From: Octopus sinensis
Taxonomy: Eukaryota
NCBI RefSeq assembly: GCF_006345805.1
Contig: NC_043000.1
Span: 117,242,001-117,306,000 of the forward strand
Direction: 5' to 3'
Length of the DNA stretch: 64,000 nucleotides
Shown here: positions 48,309 through 60,870 of the stretch, piece by piece
Numbering within the stretch: the first letter of the stretch is position 1
How the letters are laid out: each line of letters starts with the position of its first letter
The notes under the pieces: model-generated
Databases searched by the model: none
Told to the model about the DNA's origin: nothing
Seen by the model: only the letters and a program-made list of their open reading frames with translations
Program-made: the position numbers and the translations under genes

Positions 48309-48625
48309 ATCATTTTGTATGCGTATGTATGTATCTCTCTCTTTCTCTCTCTCTCTCTCTCAACACACACACACACACACACACACATGATCTCCAAGAT
48401 GAGATGGAGATTAAGATTAACTTTTGGTATTTATACTGCTTCTGTCGGTAAACATATAATTACATTTTTTTTTTTCCTTTTTACTTTTCTTATATTGCTA
48501 TAATTTCTCTTGACATTTATATTTTCCACTCAAACCGTGCTGCCTACGCATTCTCATCGAACTCTCCGCGTATTCATACGGGTCTCCTATCTACAATTCA
48601 ATATTCATTTAATCAAGATGCCTTT

Positions 48626-48709
48626 GGCCTGAAGAAAAGCCTGTGATAAATCCCTCGCTTGAATATTTACGACTTCCGATGTTCCGCTCGCTATGAAACA
48701 TATGTAGCC
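48626..48709 (+). ncRNA. Type I hammerhead ribozyme in a probable solo PLE pLTR
   Basis: ggc-CTGAAGA-aaagc[~50 nt]gctat-GAAA-catatg-TA-gcc; same helix III palindrome as 44125-44130. Confidence 0.6.
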
Positions 48710-48774
48710 CAGATTTTATCCACTCCATTCCTTATCTTTTGGATATACATACATACATGCACACACACACATAC

Positions 48775-48837
<63 letters not shown>

Positions 48838-48955
48838 AACACACACACGTACACATACACACACACATACACATATTACCATAAATGCTTCATACTACAT
48901 GCATTACATGTGCTACTAAAGGAGGTGAGCTGACAGAAACGGCCTCACCAATTTT

Positions 48956-49562
48956 AAGGCGGCGAGCTGGCAGAAACGTTAGCACGCCGGGCGAAATGCG
49001 TAGCCGTATTTCGTCTGCCGTTACGTTCTGAGTTCAAATTCCGCCGAGGTCGACTTTGCCGTTCATCCTTTCGGAGGTCGATAAATTAAGTACCAGTTAC
49101 GCACTAGGGCCGATATAATCGACTTAATCCGTTTGTCTGTCCTTGTTTGTCCCTTCTGTGTTTAGCCCCTTGTGGGTAGTAAGGAAGTGGGTATTTCGTC
49201 TGCTGTTACGTTCTGAGTTCAAATTCCGCCGAAGTCGACTTTGCCTTTCATCCTTTCAGGTCGATAAATTAAGCACCAGTTACACACTGGGGTCGATATA
49301 ATCGACTTAATACGTTTGTCTGTCTTTGTTTGTCCTCTCTGTGTTTAGCCCCTTGTGGGTAGTAAAGAATTAGGTATTTCGTCTGCCGCTACGTTCTGAG
49401 TTCAAATTCCGCCGAGGTCAACTTTGCCTTTCATCATTTCGGGGCCAATTAAATAAGTACCAGCTACGCACTGGGGTTGATATAATCGACTTAATCCGTT
49501 TGTCTGTTCTTGTTTGTCCCCTCTATGTTTAGCCCCTTGTGGGTAGTAAAGAAATACGAAGA
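48956..49562 (+). mobile_element. SINE B1 trimer
   Basis: 15 bp TSD ggcctcaccaatttt at 48941-48955 and 49563-49577. Confidence 0.92.
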
Positions 49563-50140
49563 GGCCTCACCAATTTTCTTTTCCCAGTCTGTGAACTTGA
49601 AGAATAGTCGTTTATGTTCTTTGCTGTATATATTCAGGTAGCTACAGGCAAGATGATACATTTAACGGTACCTTACACAACATTAAATTTACCAGTCTTC
49701 AACAGACTTACTATAGAAACAACAGCAGTTCGTCACACTTTAGTGTTGTGGTTGACTTACTGAATCTTCCATTGTAAATCTCAATTCAACTGTACTAAAG
49801 CGACTTCCTCGAGTGACGTAGATTTTTATTCACCAGATTGGTTTAAGGTACTTTTCTGTCTGTGTATTCATCGCTTTCTCAAGTCGCAAAGTATATGTAT
49901 TCGTTTATTCTTTTACTTGTTTCAGCCATCTGTCTGTGCCATGCTGGAGCACCGCCTTGAAGAGTTTTAGACAAACAAATAGACCCCATGACTTAATTCT
50001 TAAACCTGTACATATTCTATTGGTCTCTTTTCCCGAACCGCTATATCTTTAGGTGCTACTAATAGCGACATATGTTAAGAAATATCTCAAACATATTCAT
50101 TGCGCACAAACCACATATCATAGCGAATTTTTAAAAACTG

Positions 50141-50459
50141 AATAAGAGAAGAAACGCGAAGAAGTGGGTAGGCAATATATAGAAAACGCGGAAGGTTAAA
50201 AAAGCCGAAAACGAAAACAGAAAAACTAAAATGTAAAGAGTAAAAATTTGACAGGAAATTATAAGCTTCAAAGATACTAAGTTAATCAGGAATAGGCGGA
50301 ATTTTCCAGTTCTTCAAAAATATCTTCGTACATATGCTTGCAGTCGCTGAAAATTTCAGATCTAGAGTGCGTTTTCCGTTTTCTTTTTATTAACCTTCCG
50401 CGTTTTCTATATGCTGCCTTCGCAGTGTTTTTTTTTTTTATCGCGTTACTTCTCTTATT
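50141..50459. repeat. Imperfect foldback with ~80 bp arms and ~150 bp spacer
   Basis: 23 bp perfect core atatagaaaacgcggaaggttaa (50177-50199) versus 50390-50412. Confidence 0.8.
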
Positions 50460-50589
50460 AATTTTTTAATATGATATGTCGTTTGTGCCTGATGAATATG
50501 TTTCACATATGCCCGCGGGCATATGGCGTAGTGGTTAAGAGCGCGGGCTACTAAACCCAAGATTCCGAGTTCGATTCCAAGCAGTGACA

Positions 50590-50641
<52 letters not shown>

Positions 50642-50671
50642 TAATAATGATAATAATAATAATAATAATAA

Positions 50672-52816
50672 ACAATGAACAAGGCATTTACTGCAGTGAT
50701 ATCGCAAATGTTGAACAAGCACCTGGACGAAAACAACTTGTTTCCAGAAGAGCAGAAAGGGTGCCGCAAAGGCTCATATGGCTGTAAAGATCAACTAATG
50801 ATTAATAAAGCCATAAATGAAGACAGCCACAGAAAGAAGAAAGGCCTCAGTATGGCCTGGATCGACTACAAAAAGGCGTTTGATAGCATCTCCCACACAT
50901 GGATCCTCGAAACACTAGCCATTAACAAAGTAGCACCAACAATTATAAAATTCATAAGGCACTCTATGAATAAATGTCAAACAGTGCTACAGCTCCAAAC
51001 AAAAGAGGGACTCATGAAAACCAAAGCCATCCCCATCAGAAGAGGAATATTCCAGGGAGACACGCTCTCTCCACTCCTTTTCTGTTTGGCACTGTCACCT
51101 CTATCTGATATGCTAAATAGAACTGGATGCGGATATAAATGTTACGGCAAAACTATCAGCCACCTTTTATATATGGATGACCTAAAACTATACGCTCCAA
51201 ATGACAAACAGCTGGAAACACTATTAAAGACAGTTCATGGATTTACCAAAGAAATAAATATGAAATTTGGATTAGAAAAATGCGCCAAAGTAACCATGAA
51301 AAGAGGAAAACTAGTTAAGAGTAGCAACATCATACTAGATAAAACCAATGAAATAAAAGAATTAGACCAAAGCCAAACTTACAAATACTTAGGAATCCAT
51401 GAACTAGATAAGACACAACACACACAAATGAAAGAGAAATAAAAAAAAATATTATAGACGAGTTAGATCAATACTAAAAACAGAGCTCAATGCTAAAAAC
51501 AAGATAATAGGTATTAACACTTTAGCTGTCCCAGTTATAAGTTACAGCTACAATATCCTTAACTGGACACTAAATGAACTGACTAAAATAGATAGGAAAA
51601 CAAGAAAAATAATGACAGGATCTAGGATGCATCACCCAAAATCTGACATAGAAAGACTATATATACAACGTATAGAAGGTGGCAGAGGCCTTATACAGCT
51701 GGAAAACTACTATAAAATAATCACCATAGGACTGCAAAAATATCTACTTCAGAAGGAAGAAAAATTGATACAAATAGCGGCAAAACACGAGCAAACCAAA
51801 AACTGTTCTCAGTATTTAAGGAAGCTGAAAAATACAAACAAGAAATCATACCACCTAATAAATATGAAAAAGAAGAAGATGAAGAAACAACAAAAAGCTA
51901 TAAAACAAATGAAATACAAACTAAAAAATAGAACAGCAACGAACCATGATAAAACGATGGCAAGAAAAGGCCCTTCATGGTAAATACTGGACTAAACTAA
52001 ACGCAAAAGAAATAGACAAAGAAAAATCCCAGCAATGGTTGAGAAGCTCAGGACTCAAAGCAGAGACAGAGGGATTTTTAATTGCAGCACAAGACCAAAG
52101 CCTCCCCACCAGAAATTACCTAAAACATGTAATGAAAAGAAATATAACAAGTAACTGCAGAATATGTGGAGATGGACAAGAAACAATAAATCATATTATC
52201 TCTGGCTGCCCAATCCTGGCTAAGAAGGAATATATTCACAGACCTGACAGAGTTGGAACCTACATACACTGAAGTTATGCCAACATTATGGAATAACAAC
52301 AGAAAAAAGATGGTATAGGCACACACCAGAAAAGGTCACAGAAAACGAAAATGCAACCATACTCTGGGATATGCCGATACACACAGATAGAGAAATTAAG
52401 GCCAACAGACCAGATATAGTTGTCAGAGATCATGAAGAAAAAATGCTTTCTAATTGATGTATCAATACCGGCAGATGACAACGTGTCTCTAAAAGAAATG
52501 GAGAAACTTTCAAAATACAAAGACCTGGAAATAGAGGTAACCAGAATGTGGAATCTAAAAACAGAAACAATTCCTATCATAGTAGGTGCATTAGGCATGA
52601 TAAAAAAATATTCAGACAAATACATAACAAAAACACCAGGACTTACAAACACATATAACATACAGAAAATTGCACTACTAGGCACTGCACACATCCTACG
52701 CAGCACACTTGCCATACAATAACCATCAGAGCATCACAACAAATCACAGCACATACCTAAGGCACACAGAGCTGCGCTCGGTAGTGAAGTGAAAGCACGC
52801 TATAAAAATAAAACTA

Positions 52817-52819
<3 letters not shown>
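50672..52819 (+). mobile_element. 5'-truncated R4/Dong-clade LINE (RT + CCHC + restriction-like endonuclease) in (TAA)n
   Basis: EEQKGCRKGSYGCKDQL, IDYKKAFDS, GIFQGDTLSPLLF, HLLYMDDLKLY, CRICGDGQETINHIISGC and FLIDVSIP...KYKDL motifs; TAA tracts on both flanks. Confidence 0.93.
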
Positions 52820-52878
<59 letters not shown>

Positions 52879-52938
52879 CAACAACAACATATCGAAAAAT
52901 ACCTTAGGAATGAGAACCCAGGTTCGAAATTTCTCCAA

Positions 52939-52984
52939 GACACCTGATGAAGGCTGGAGGGTATATCAGCCGAAACGTTGTGTT
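52939..52984 (+). ncRNA. Minimal type I hammerhead ribozyme
   Basis: gacac-CTGATGA-a-ggctg(gagggtatat)cagcc-GAAA-cg-TT-gtgtt; helix III reduced to the palindrome ACGT. Confidence 0.7.
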
Positions 52985-53449
52985 AATAAAAAAGTTGAGG
53001 ACTAATATCCGTCAAAGTAAATAATGTACATAATTCCTCACCTCTTAAATACTGTATATGATATTATTCTGACCTTTACATAAATAATATTTACCTCTCT
53101 CACCAGATGGAGTACTTTTTTGTTGAATTTTCTATCGCAGAACACTACACCATGTGTGTGTGCGTGTGTGTGTATCAATATTTTCTTTCGGTTTTCTTTT
53201 GAATTCGTACGGTGTGCTAAGGTACGTATATCGTTCTGCCAATTTTGCTGAGATGCAATTTTACAATTTTTTTTTTCCGTCAAGTAATTGCCTCAAGTTT
53301 TCTGCAAATATTTACAAAGCTGTTTCTTTATTTACAAACTTTTTAGTGCTTATATTGCAATAATTTATACATTGGTTGTGGGGGGGGGTCGTATTTTTTT
53401 TAATGTTCTCAATATTCTCTTTATCTTAACTTGTCACTGTTGTTGTTCA

Positions 53450-53870
53450 TAGGGATGTTGAAGATAAGATGGACAAAGAAAAAAGATGGCTATGGATGAC
53501 TAAAAGTGATTTAAAACTGGAAACGGAGGCTCTAATCTGAGCTGCCCAAGAGCAAGCACTAAGAGCAAACTACAAAAAATACAGAACAGACAACACATCA
53601 GAAAGTGATAAGTGCAGAATCTGTGGACAAAATGGTGAAACCGTATGGCATATTACCAGCCAGTGTACGCCACTAGCTCACAAGGAATATAAGAGACGCC
53701 ACGGCAATATAGCAATGCTTGTCCATTGGACACTTTGCAACAAATATGGACTTGACAGAGGAAATAATTTGGTACGACCACAAACCCGAAGGCATCATCG
53801 AAAATGATAATGCAAAGATCATGAGGGATTTTATGATTCAGTGCGACTATGAGATAGAGAATAGGAAGCC
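53450..53870 (+). pseudogene. R4/Dong LINE C-terminal fragment
   Basis: LKLETEALI*AAQEQAL, CRICGQNGETVWHITSQC...EYKRRH and PEGIIENDNAKI motifs. Confidence 0.8.
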
Positions 53871-54462
53871 AGACAATTATAACAGTTATTATAGTTCATT
53901 GTTGTTAATATAGTGTATTGTTGTGCCATTCAAGACACAATTTTTACAAAAAAGTAACAAATGAGGAAAAGAAATTCTTCAAAGGACCCTGAAGTGACTA
54001 ATATATAATGGGACTGTGATTATGTATATCAGAAAAATATAAATAAGTTGAAACAATGCGTTGGCTTTTACGGTTTTTATAATTATTTATATAATATTAT
54101 GTTATATATTATTTTTATTTTATTTAATGTAATATTGTAATATAAATAAATCATTGGATTGTCAATTGAATATCTCTAAATTTAATTTATCTTTATATAT
54201 ATAGGAAACATCTGTTCCAGTTGGCTACCGGCACACAATTTGTGCCCATTATTTATATGAATGTGTGTGCATGTTGTTTACGAGCAGCCTCAGCCAAGAG
54301 GAACTTTTAATCCAATATTTACACGCTATAATTTATAGTTCTATCTACTTCCAGTTCAACCGTTAAATACGATTTATTTATTTTACGTCTTCCTCCGAAG
54401 TTTCTAAATTCTTATGACGTAATATACATAGGTGTGTGTATGTAAGTATATATGTATTTATG

Positions 54463-54507
<45 letters not shown>

Positions 54508-54675
54508 TATATATATTATATATATATACACAAGAGTATTCTACCTGAACTCTACGTGCATAGTGTGCCTGTACACCAATGCTCGGGGGATAACACGGCT
54601 AACGGTTGCCGATAGTACATACGGATATTTTATCCCTTAGTCGGTTATCATAGTCACTAACTCTGCTTACACTTG

Positions 54676-54722
<47 letters not shown>

Positions 54723-54729
54723 ATATACA

Positions 54730-55070
54730 TACATGCATAGATATTCTTAAACAAGAATGTTGACAGCGACATCGATGTTTCGACCCGCTAAGCCATCGCC
54801 GGACTGGGATGCATTAGAGTCAGTCTTGCCTTTATATAGTCTCTGTTGATTTGAAAACTTCCAAGGGTATGGGTTTGAGCTGGTTGGTAATTAAGTTTTT
54901 ATGGTTCGTTTTTATGGAAGAGGTATTCTAGAGAAATTTTCGCTGATTAAATTTGGAGTTACGTTATCGTTTAGAATTTATTCATGTATGTAGAACTTCT
55001 TAAACAAGCCTGTATGTGTTTCTCTTTTGATAGGTAAGCACAAGGTGTCGCAGTATTTCTGTGTTTGCGT
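54730..55070 (-). mobile_element. Probable PLE 3' remnant with degenerate hammerhead at 54764-54806
   Basis: cagt-CCGGCGA-t-ggc(ttagcgg)gtc-GAAA-catcgatg-TC-gctg on the minus strand, abutting (TA)n. Confidence 0.45.
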
Positions 55071-55759
55071 ATGTCATTGTATTTATGTTTTACCCCCATC
55101 TTTCGGCTTGACAACATTCGTGGTTAAGCCGGAAATTTATGTTCCTGTAAACTAGCGGTTGAGCAAAAGTAGCCATTAAAATAAGTGCCAGATATCAAAG
55201 TTAATTACCAGGGTCCATCTTTTCGAATAAAACTCTTCAAGAAGACGCCTCAGCATGGCCGCAGTTCAATGACTGAAACAAGTAAAAGATCAAAGAACAG
55301 AAATAACGCAAATAGCATGCTAATTAGTATAAAAATAATATGACTAAGTTTCTGGTGCCACATCTGCATCAGTATTGTAAAAGTGCTCATTTCAATAAAA
55401 TTATCGCAAGATTATACTGGTAAGAATATACAGGTAAGAAACCTTCAATGTAATACAGGTTAGAAGCGGTTATTGATTGAGGAACCAGTATTGTGAGCAT
55501 GAGTCACAAGATAAACACAGAATTTTCAGATTAGCTAAAACAAGAAACGAATGTGAATAGAAAGAATAAAATGATTGTATTACAGTCAACTGTTAATATT
55601 ATCTAAAATGTTACCGCAGGCGTGAACCAGATCGAACTGTTGTAATGCTTATCTGAAACATTTTAAATGGTATTCAGGTATTCAAAGTGGCTGGAGTACA
55701 CATCTTAAATGTGGCTCAACTCGTGAGAAGAGGAATTTCAGAATTTTACTGTGTTATGG

Positions 55760-56095
55760 AAGCACTCCGTCGGTTACGACGACTAGGGTTCCGGTTGATC
55801 CGAATCAACGGAACAGCCTGCTCGTGAAATTAACGTGAAAGTGGCTGAGCACTCCACAGACACGTGTACCCTTAACGTAGTTCTCGGGGATATTCAGCGT
55901 GACACAAAGAGTGACAAGACCGGCCCTTTGAAATACAGGTACAACAGGGATCACCACCATCCCCTGCCGGAGCCTCGTGGAACTTTTAGGTGTTTTCGCT
56001 CAATAAACACTCACAACGCCCGGTCTGGGAATCGAAACCGCGATCCTATGACCGCGAGTCCGCTGCCCTAACCACTGGGCCATTGCGCCTCCACT
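55760..56095 (-). mobile_element. SINE D head joined to SINE C body and tail
   Basis: D-type head at 55960-56095 and C-type tail at 55760-55950. Confidence 0.7.
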
Positions 56096-57849
56096 TTACT
56101 GTGTTATAACAATAAGGATTCTAGAGAAGCCAGATTGAGGAGTTCTATAAATCGTTTTTACTGACAAGTCTAAGAACATTTACGATTTAAACATGAACAT
56201 TCACAAAGTAATTGCTTGCCATATGATATAGAACTATTGAAATGCTTGCGGACATACTTATAATTCTTTGTGCTTTAGGCACAATTTTGTGTGGAGGAGC
56301 TAGTGGAGTTCATCGCCCAAATGCTGAGAAGCAAAGCCGGACTCAGTTTTATCAACTCCGAAATGATGAAACACAAAGTCGTCGTCAGTGACATTTGAAT
56401 TCAGAACATAAAGCCGGAAGAAGTACTGCTAAGCATTTTGTCCGGTGCGGCAACGATTCTGCCAGCTCATCCCTTACAGATTACTTATAACATCACAAAT
56501 AATTGCTTCTGATTTGGATTGGTCTGATACGAACTTTGGAACTAACTAGGCCAAAGCTTAACCTGATTTCCATAGCATATAAGGACTGAGATTACAATGG
56601 TTTCTACAGAACGGGACGCCGGTCCCTCATAGAGTTAACTCCCCAGTTATTGCAGGAACACATTGTATAGCTGGCATCTATAGGGATTTTCTTGACAGCT
56701 ACCACTCTCTGGAATCAAAAAGTTTGCAAATCTTAGCAATTCTGAGATTTGCTTACAAGCATATTGAGACATATTTATATTCTTATATTACTTAAGATAA
56801 GTATTCTAAGTTTATGTGACATTTATGAGTTTTGAAATCAAAATTGCGACAACACATCCAACAACGGTATTCCTGCAGTAAAATTTCAGATAATTACAAC
56901 TGATTGCAGTTCCATCCATTTATTGTTTCTTTTCCCATTCCTGGGTTTACTTTCTTACTCACGCTGACAACATTGATTCCTCCATCAATAATCGTTTTTC
57001 TCCTGAAAGGTTTTAGAACTTATATTACACCCATACGTGCAAGCGTGCCAGTATAGGCGAGGTGTGTCTGTACAGGCGCACGCCTGGCTGTGTAATTAAG
57101 CAGTTTGCTACCCAACCACATGGTTCTGGGTTCAGTCTCACTGCGTGGCACCTTGGAAAGTATCTTCCAGTATTGCCCCGGGTCGACCAAAACCCTAGTG
57201 AGTGGATTTGGAAGACTGTCACTGAAAGATGTCCTGTGGACAAGGCTGCGAGGCTTTTTCTAGCAGTCATGCGACCTCGTAAAGGGTATTTCTTTGGAAG
57301 GATTAACTTGAACTGAATCTTAATGTGTAATTGTGCGTCTGTGTGGATAGAGAGAGAGAGAGAGAGGGAGAGGGTGGTGGTGGTGGTGGATGTGATATGT
57401 TGGTGAATTGGTGTGTGTTATTAAATTGTAATTTAATAGTATCAAAATTGTTAGCACGTTCTTTTTGGTTCAGTACACTTTGTTTTTCTGTTTCTGCTCT
57501 TTAATTTACTCACTCACCTTCTCCCTCATTCACGTACTCATTCACTCTCCTTCTCTCAATCTTTATCTCTCTCACTTTTTTCTCTCCATTCTGATTACAT
57601 TTTGATTCCGATTGTCAAAAATTATTATTATGAAAAATATTATGATTTGAAAGTGACTAGCTGAAAGCCAGAGAAGCAATTTTCAAGTTATAGCTCACGG
57701 GAGGTAAATTTGTTTATTATAGTAACATGTTATTCTTAAACAAATCGATTTTAATTGAAGACCTTACTTTCAAATTTCTACAATTAAATTTAAAAGGAAT
57801 AGGGTGATGTAATATTCCACCATTTTTCAAGTGTTATTGCAATTTAAGG

Positions 57850-58123
57850 GAATACTAATAGAAACCAGAGAGCCTTTTTGAAGACAATGAACATATCCTC
57901 TCTCAGACAATATTCTCTCTCAGATGTTCGTGCATGGACTCTGCGAGTATTCCAGTCAATAACTTCCACATAAGTGGCAAGCGGGTTATCGGCTTGTAAT
58001 TGTCTACCGTATTGCCTTTTTTGATGTTTTTCAGGCACAGCACCGTCATACCCAATGTCAACCACTCTGGTGTTCCTTGGTCGGCATTTAACAAGGTGCT
58101 GAGTCGAACTGTTGATGTTATTA

Positions 58124-58154
<31 letters not shown>

Positions 58155-58430
58155 GTTATGTTTTGGCTTTGCATTATTTATACGAGCTGCAGACTGAGTA
58201 GCAGAGTGAACAAAGCTGCATTTAGATGGAGAAGAATTTAAGTAGAATATGTGAGGTAATCATAAGTATGATCTTTTGTAATTCACTTACTTCGGGTCTG
58301 TCAGGAATTTGGCTTACATTATTCTTTGCTCCTCCTGATACCCCCCCCCCCACTTGTCTCAATAATAATAGGTAATGTTGTTCTTTTGAGATGCCACATC
58401 CTACCGGTTTCATTCGCCAGATCTTCATAT
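57850..58430 (-). pseudogene. Two R4/Dong LINE fragments separated by (ATT)n
   Basis: PEWLTLGMTVLCLK...NYKPITRLPLMWKLLTGI (RT N-terminus) and SELQKIILMITSHILLKFFSI (C-terminus). Confidence 0.7.
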
Positions 58431-58722
58431 TTGCTCAGTTTCTCAAACGTTTTCAGAGATTTCGTCGGCTGGTGGTATAGGTCTTTTTAATATAATTCTT
58501 AAGGTAGGTTTGCATGATTACTGATATTCTAATATTATTTATATTTAAGACAGCAATCTGGTAAAATTGTTACAGCGTGTCGGTAAAAAGCTTTGCTACA
58601 CTTGTTTCGGGTGTTTTCGATCTAAGTTTGACTCCTGTCGAGGTAATTCTTGCTTTTTATCCTTTCGATGTGCATCAAATGAAATAGCAGTCAAGCACTT
58701 ACGCTGGTGGTATATATATATA

Positions 58723-58760
<38 letters not shown>

Positions 58761-58983
58761 TATAATCGGGATGGTTAGTTCTTTGGTCTCCTTCATGCCA
58801 AATAAACACATCACTATACAGTGCGTGTGCTTATTTGGCAAATGAAAAAAAATGACTGCCCCGAAATACAACAATATCTGTTTCAACTCATGATTCCACA
58901 TCAGGAATCTTGCAAAACTAATTCATAAACGAGCGTGCGAGCGTGTACACACGCAAACACACACACACGCGCGCGCATATATA

Positions 58984-59300
58984 TCTATTATATAAAATCC
59001 GTTCTGTGTGTCTTCTAGGATCTCGGGCATCCTACAACCGACTGCGCTCAAATTTGATATGTAGTTACCAATGGTATCAGGGCCTGTATAAGTCATGAAA
59101 AAATTACAAAAATCGATTCCAGGTGAGAATGCGATTGATAAAGCCGTGGGATTTTCTTGCTTCAAACATGGCTCCCTCTGTAAAACAGAAAGGAGAGAGG
59201 TTTGCTAGCGCATCACCCTCTACCCACATTTTTCCCATCCACATCTTTACCATATGGGGCTCTATCAAAATCCGATAATAGGTATAGTTGCAAATCTATC
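58984..59300 (+). mobile_element. Helitron-like 5' end
   Basis: A|TCTATTATATAAAATCCGTTCTGTGTGTC start within TA repeats; 3' end not found. Confidence 0.45.
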
Positions 59301-59379
59301 TAATTACTTGCCGTTTTGAATGTCAACCTTGAACTTGACAAAAAGGTCAATGTGAGCTTTGATTTGCTGTATGCAAATG

Positions 59380-59590
59380 AGTTCATTACAGGGGTCCGGA
59401 ACTCTCGGGGAAAAACAATTTCGCGGCCTATCACAGGATCACTCATTTTTGCTAGCAGAGTGAACTGGAACAACGTGAAATGAAGTGATTTGCTCAAGAA
59501 CACAACGCGTCGCCCGCTCCAGGAATCGAAACCGCAATCTTATGATCAGGAGTTCAACACCCCTAACCATTACGTTGTGCGTCTCCACAA
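59380..59590 (-). mobile_element. SINE family C, 5' part
   Basis: Homologous to 245-385. Confidence 0.7.
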
Positions 59591-59624
59591 GCAGCTCAAC
59601 GCTGTTAATACTATCCATATTACA

Positions 59625-60060
59625 CAAGGCGGTGAGCTGGCAGAATCGTTAGCACGCTAGTGAAAAGGCTTAGCGTCATTTCGTTCGGCTTTGTGTTTGA
59701 GTTCAAATTTCACCAAGGTCGACTTTACCTTTCATCCTTTCCGGGGTTGATATATTAAGTACCAGTTGAGCACTGGGGTCGAGGTTAGCCTTGTGCTAAC
59801 ATTTGAAACCAATATTATCGATATCACACGAGACAGCGAACTGCCAGAATCGTTACAGCAACGAAAAGAAAAAAAAAAGCAGGGACTTAGCGACATTTCT
59901 TCTGACTTTAGGTTCTGAGTTCAAATGCCGTAGGGATCGACTTTGCCTTTCATTCCTTTGGGGTCGATAAAACAAATACCAATTGAGCAGTGGAGTCAAT
60001 GTACTCGACTTCCTTACTCGCCCGAAATTGCTAACCATGTAGCAAAATTTGAAACCAATT
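59625..60060 (+). mobile_element. Two older SINE B2 copies
   Basis: aaggcggtgagctggcagaatcgttagc head and gtcgacttt...ggggtcgata core. Confidence 0.7.
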
Positions 60061-60469
60061 TATGTATGTTGCTGAACGCTTGTGGCCGCGTTATTTCGTG
60101 TGGGAAAGATCTCTTAAGGTTCATAAAGTATTAAAAATCACTGTATACTTTCAAAGTTTGACGATACCCATATATTAAGTATGTGACTGTGATAATGTTT
60201 GCATTATTGAGCTATTTCTAATACAAAAATTGAATTTTATTCTACTATTTGTAGTTCAAATAGATTCTGCACTATTTTTAAATAACAAATACAACGAAAA
60301 ATTGATATGTGCTGTCCTCGTTCCCTTCCGGGGAGGTTTTGTTTCGCCTACTTCGGAAGTCTACTGTGTTATTATTTTAACACTATACGTCTCTGAAAGG
60401 ATCTCTGCCAGATAAAAGGCCGCAGCAGCTAACGTTCAACAAAACACATATATTAAGTATGTGATCTTT

Positions 60470-60675
60470 GGTTGTTTATTTGTTTCAGTCATTCGTGTGC
60501 GGTCATGCTGGGGTACCGCCTTGATCAAGTTTATTCGAAGGAATCAACTTTAGTACTTATTCTATAGGTTTTTTATGCTGTACCGCAAAGTTACGGGGAC
60601 AAAACACAAAATCACTGATTGTCAAGCGATGCTGGGGGACAAATACAGAGACAGAAGCATATCAGCGCGCACGCA

Positions 60676-60712
<37 letters not shown>

Positions 60713-60870
60713 ACACATATATATACAACGAGATCCCTTCAGTTCACGTCTACCAAATCCACTCACAAGGCCTTGGTCGACTCGAGGTTACAGTAGAAGA
60801 CATTTGCCCAAGGTGCCACGCAGAGGGACTGAACCCAGAACCGTGTGATCAGGATGCAAACCTCCACTCA
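60470..60870 (-). mobile_element. SINE family A, diverged
   Basis: Match to family A. Confidence 0.75.

Larger units (their letters stand above)
50506..53030 (+). mobile_element. Putative tRNA-headed, hammerhead-tailed short element, split by a Dong insertion in its (TAA)n
   Basis: A box tggcgtagtgg (50524-50534), B box gagttcgattcc (50567-50578), (TAA)n on both sides of the Dong and a hammerhead at 52939-52984. Confidence 0.55.

Noticed and set aside
48956-49562. CRISPR-like or satellite reading of the ~180 bp repeats
   Set aside because: The units are whole SINE bodies without unique spacers, bounded by TSDs, in a eukaryotic context.
50489-50512. CTGATGA followed by a hairpin (atatg/catat)
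   Set aside because: No GAAA follows the helix. CTGATGA at about 18766 and 24112 also lacks hammerhead architecture.
50516-50590. Possible tRNA-Ser gene
   Set aside because: A and B boxes and an anticodon-like loop are present, but there is no acceptor stem pairing or terminator; treated as a SINE-type head.
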